This document shows, one piece after another, positions 62,438-64,000 of a stretch of DNA of 64,000 nucleotides. This DNA comes from an uncultured Acidimicrobiia bacterium (GTDB lineage: Bacteria; Acidobacteriota; Terriglobia; Versatilivoradales; Versatilivoraceae), in assembly GCA_963786955.1 (NCBI GenBank), contig CAWBAT010000008.1, positions 160,001 through 224,000 on the forward strand. The letters are read 5' to 3'. The position numbers and the translations under genes were made by a program. How positions within the stretch are numbered: position 1 is the first letter of the stretch; every line of letters starts with the position of its first letter. A model generated the notes under the pieces. That model did no database searches, was not told the DNA's origin, and worked only from the letters and a program-made list of their open reading frames with translations.

Positions 62438-63637
62438 TCATTTTGATTCTAATAGCCGCTTCGTTTCACGGGCTACGACCAGTTCTTCATTGGCGAGCAC
62501 CACCAGGACCTTGACTGGAGAGTCATCCCGGGAAATGATACCGTCCTGACCACGAAGCTTATTTTGTGAGAGGTCCAGCTGCACTCCCAGACATTCTAGT
62601 CCGCTACAAATTCCTTCTCGGACATTGCAGCTGTTTTCACCGATCCCCCCGGTAAAGGCCAAGACATCCAACCCTCCCAATACGGCCGTATAGGCGCCGA
62701 TGTATTTCTTGGATCTCGTACGCGAGGACTTTGAGCGCCAAATCAGCCCGGGCATTCCCCGCGGCTGCGGCTTCTTCAAGGTCGCGAACGTCTCCGCTCA
62801 AGCCTGAGATCCCTTTTAGCCGCCATTCTTGGAGAGAGCCGCGCGGATCTCGCTCGACTGATAGCCCTTCCTTCTCCATCATATAAAGCAAGATGAAGGG
62901 ATCCAGGTCACCATTTCGGGTCGCATTGGAAAGTCCGGATTGTGGCGAAAATCCCATACTCGTGTCGATGGAGATGCCGCCTTTGATAGCACAAATACTC
63001 GAACTTCCGCCAAGATGGCAAGAGATGATTCTGAGGTCTTCCGCAGGGCGAGCTACCATCTCCGGAACCCGCCACGAGATATATCGATGCGAAGCCCCAT
63101 GAAATCCATAGCGGCGAATCGCATGCTTTTCCGACCACTCATGCGGGATGCCGTAGGTCCGTCGCATAATCCGGAATGGTTCGATGAAATGCCGGCTCGA
63201 ATACACCGACGAGTATTTTATTCGGGAAGAAGTTCCTGAAAAATTCGGAAAGCTTCAATATAAGGAGGGTTGTGTGCCGGAGCCAGCGGAATGTACTCTT
63301 CCATGGCCCGAATGACTTCATCGGTCACAATCACCGATTCAGCGATATTCTTGGCATGAACCGGCTTGAAACCGACTGCGTCCAGTTGATCTAGAGCGGA
63401 CAAGACTCCATCGGAAGGATGGGTGAGAATTTTCAACACATGCTGGATGGCGACCCGTTGGCTCGGGCATTCGATTTCTTCTTTTCTTCGGGGCCGGCTT
63501 CCCAATTGATAGGACATCGGTGATTTAGCGCTGCCAACACGTTCCACCTTACCTGCCGCCATGACGGATTCGTCCTTCATGTCGAATAAGCGAAATTTCA
63601 AGGAGGTTGAGCCGACATTAACCACTAAGATCTTCAT
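62438..63637 (-). CDS. ackA: Acetate/propionate kinase (several frameshifts)
   Basis: NVGSTSLK; APAHNP; RRYGFHGASH; CHLGGSSS; FTGGIGEN; NEE. Confidence 0.92.
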
Positions 63638-63724
63638 ATGGTTTTTTCTCCACCTCGCTTCGGCGTCTCATTTTCAACCGTCTCCCATGAAAGAAAGAAG
63701 AGCTCTTCGGGACGAGTACAAAGT

Positions 63725-63782
63725 GGCCGGGGTCAACGACCCCTGGCTACAACCAAGACGGGGGTCACGTCCCCGGCTACGG
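63725..63782. repeat. GTAG-type REP doublet
   Basis: ccggggtcaacgacccctggctac and cgggggtcacgtccccggctac. Confidence 0.7.
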
Positions 63783-63850
63783 CAATGATCGCGAATTTGT
63801 GCAGCTTTGGGCCTGGATTACGCCTCATCGGGGAATAAGCCGGCCCACAG

Positions 63851-64000
63851 TCATCCCGCACTCTGAACCAGTAAGATGCCGATGGCGATGGAACGGAGCT
63901 TGGTTTCCGGGGTTTCGGCGCGTGAGAGCAGGATGAGTGGAACCTTCGCACCGACAACCACTCCTCCGGATTCCCCCTTGGCAAAATAGAGAATGGAGCG
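63851..64000 (-). CDS. Phosphate acyltransferase (Ptb/Pta-like), C-terminal fragment
   Basis: Hand translation RSILYFAKGESGGVVVGAKVPLILLSRAETPETKLRSIAIG; the gene begins beyond the window. Confidence 0.8.
   Translation of the reverse strand, partial: RSILYFAKGESGGVVVGAKVPLILLSRAETPETKLRSIAIGILLVQSAG

Noticed and set aside
51024-63637. Programmed frameshifting or mass pseudogenisation
   Set aside because: Too many essential genes are affected and there is no consistent slippery motif; sequencing error is simpler.

Overview
Bacterial chromosomal window, most likely Acidobacteriota (inferred from the CRTAC1/ASPIC-UnbV protein, MXAN_5187 C-terminal protein, DUF1820, EF-P with a PGNL loop and the gene order ispE-tRNA-Gln-prs-rplY-pth-rpsF-rpsR-rplI-dnaB-alr-radA). 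1-13.2 kb: six exported carbohydrate-active or hydrolase genes, four with twin-arginine leaders, including a GH116 that runs off the left edge and is missing from the ORF track. 13.2-22.2 kb: accessory region ending at tRNA-Ser(GGA), with a divergent ARPP-1(DUF6569)/WYL regulator pair, a methyltransferase, a TPR lipoprotein, a BrnT/BrnA toxin-antitoxin pair, DUF1801, an MFS transporter, a small pseudogene and a GYD protein. 22.7-64 kb: mostly housekeeping genes; many indels from about 50.5 kb onward look like long-read consensus errors. The most striking unexplained signal is a dense, modular set of intergenic palindromes from several families. They nest inside terminal-inverted-repeat shells, build a ~390 bp composite repeat, and one copy of that repeat is split at a hairpin by a two-gene cargo, giving a repeat-delimited, cassette-like gene array with no transposase or integrase in the window. 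All family assignments are from motif recognition by eye, not database searches.
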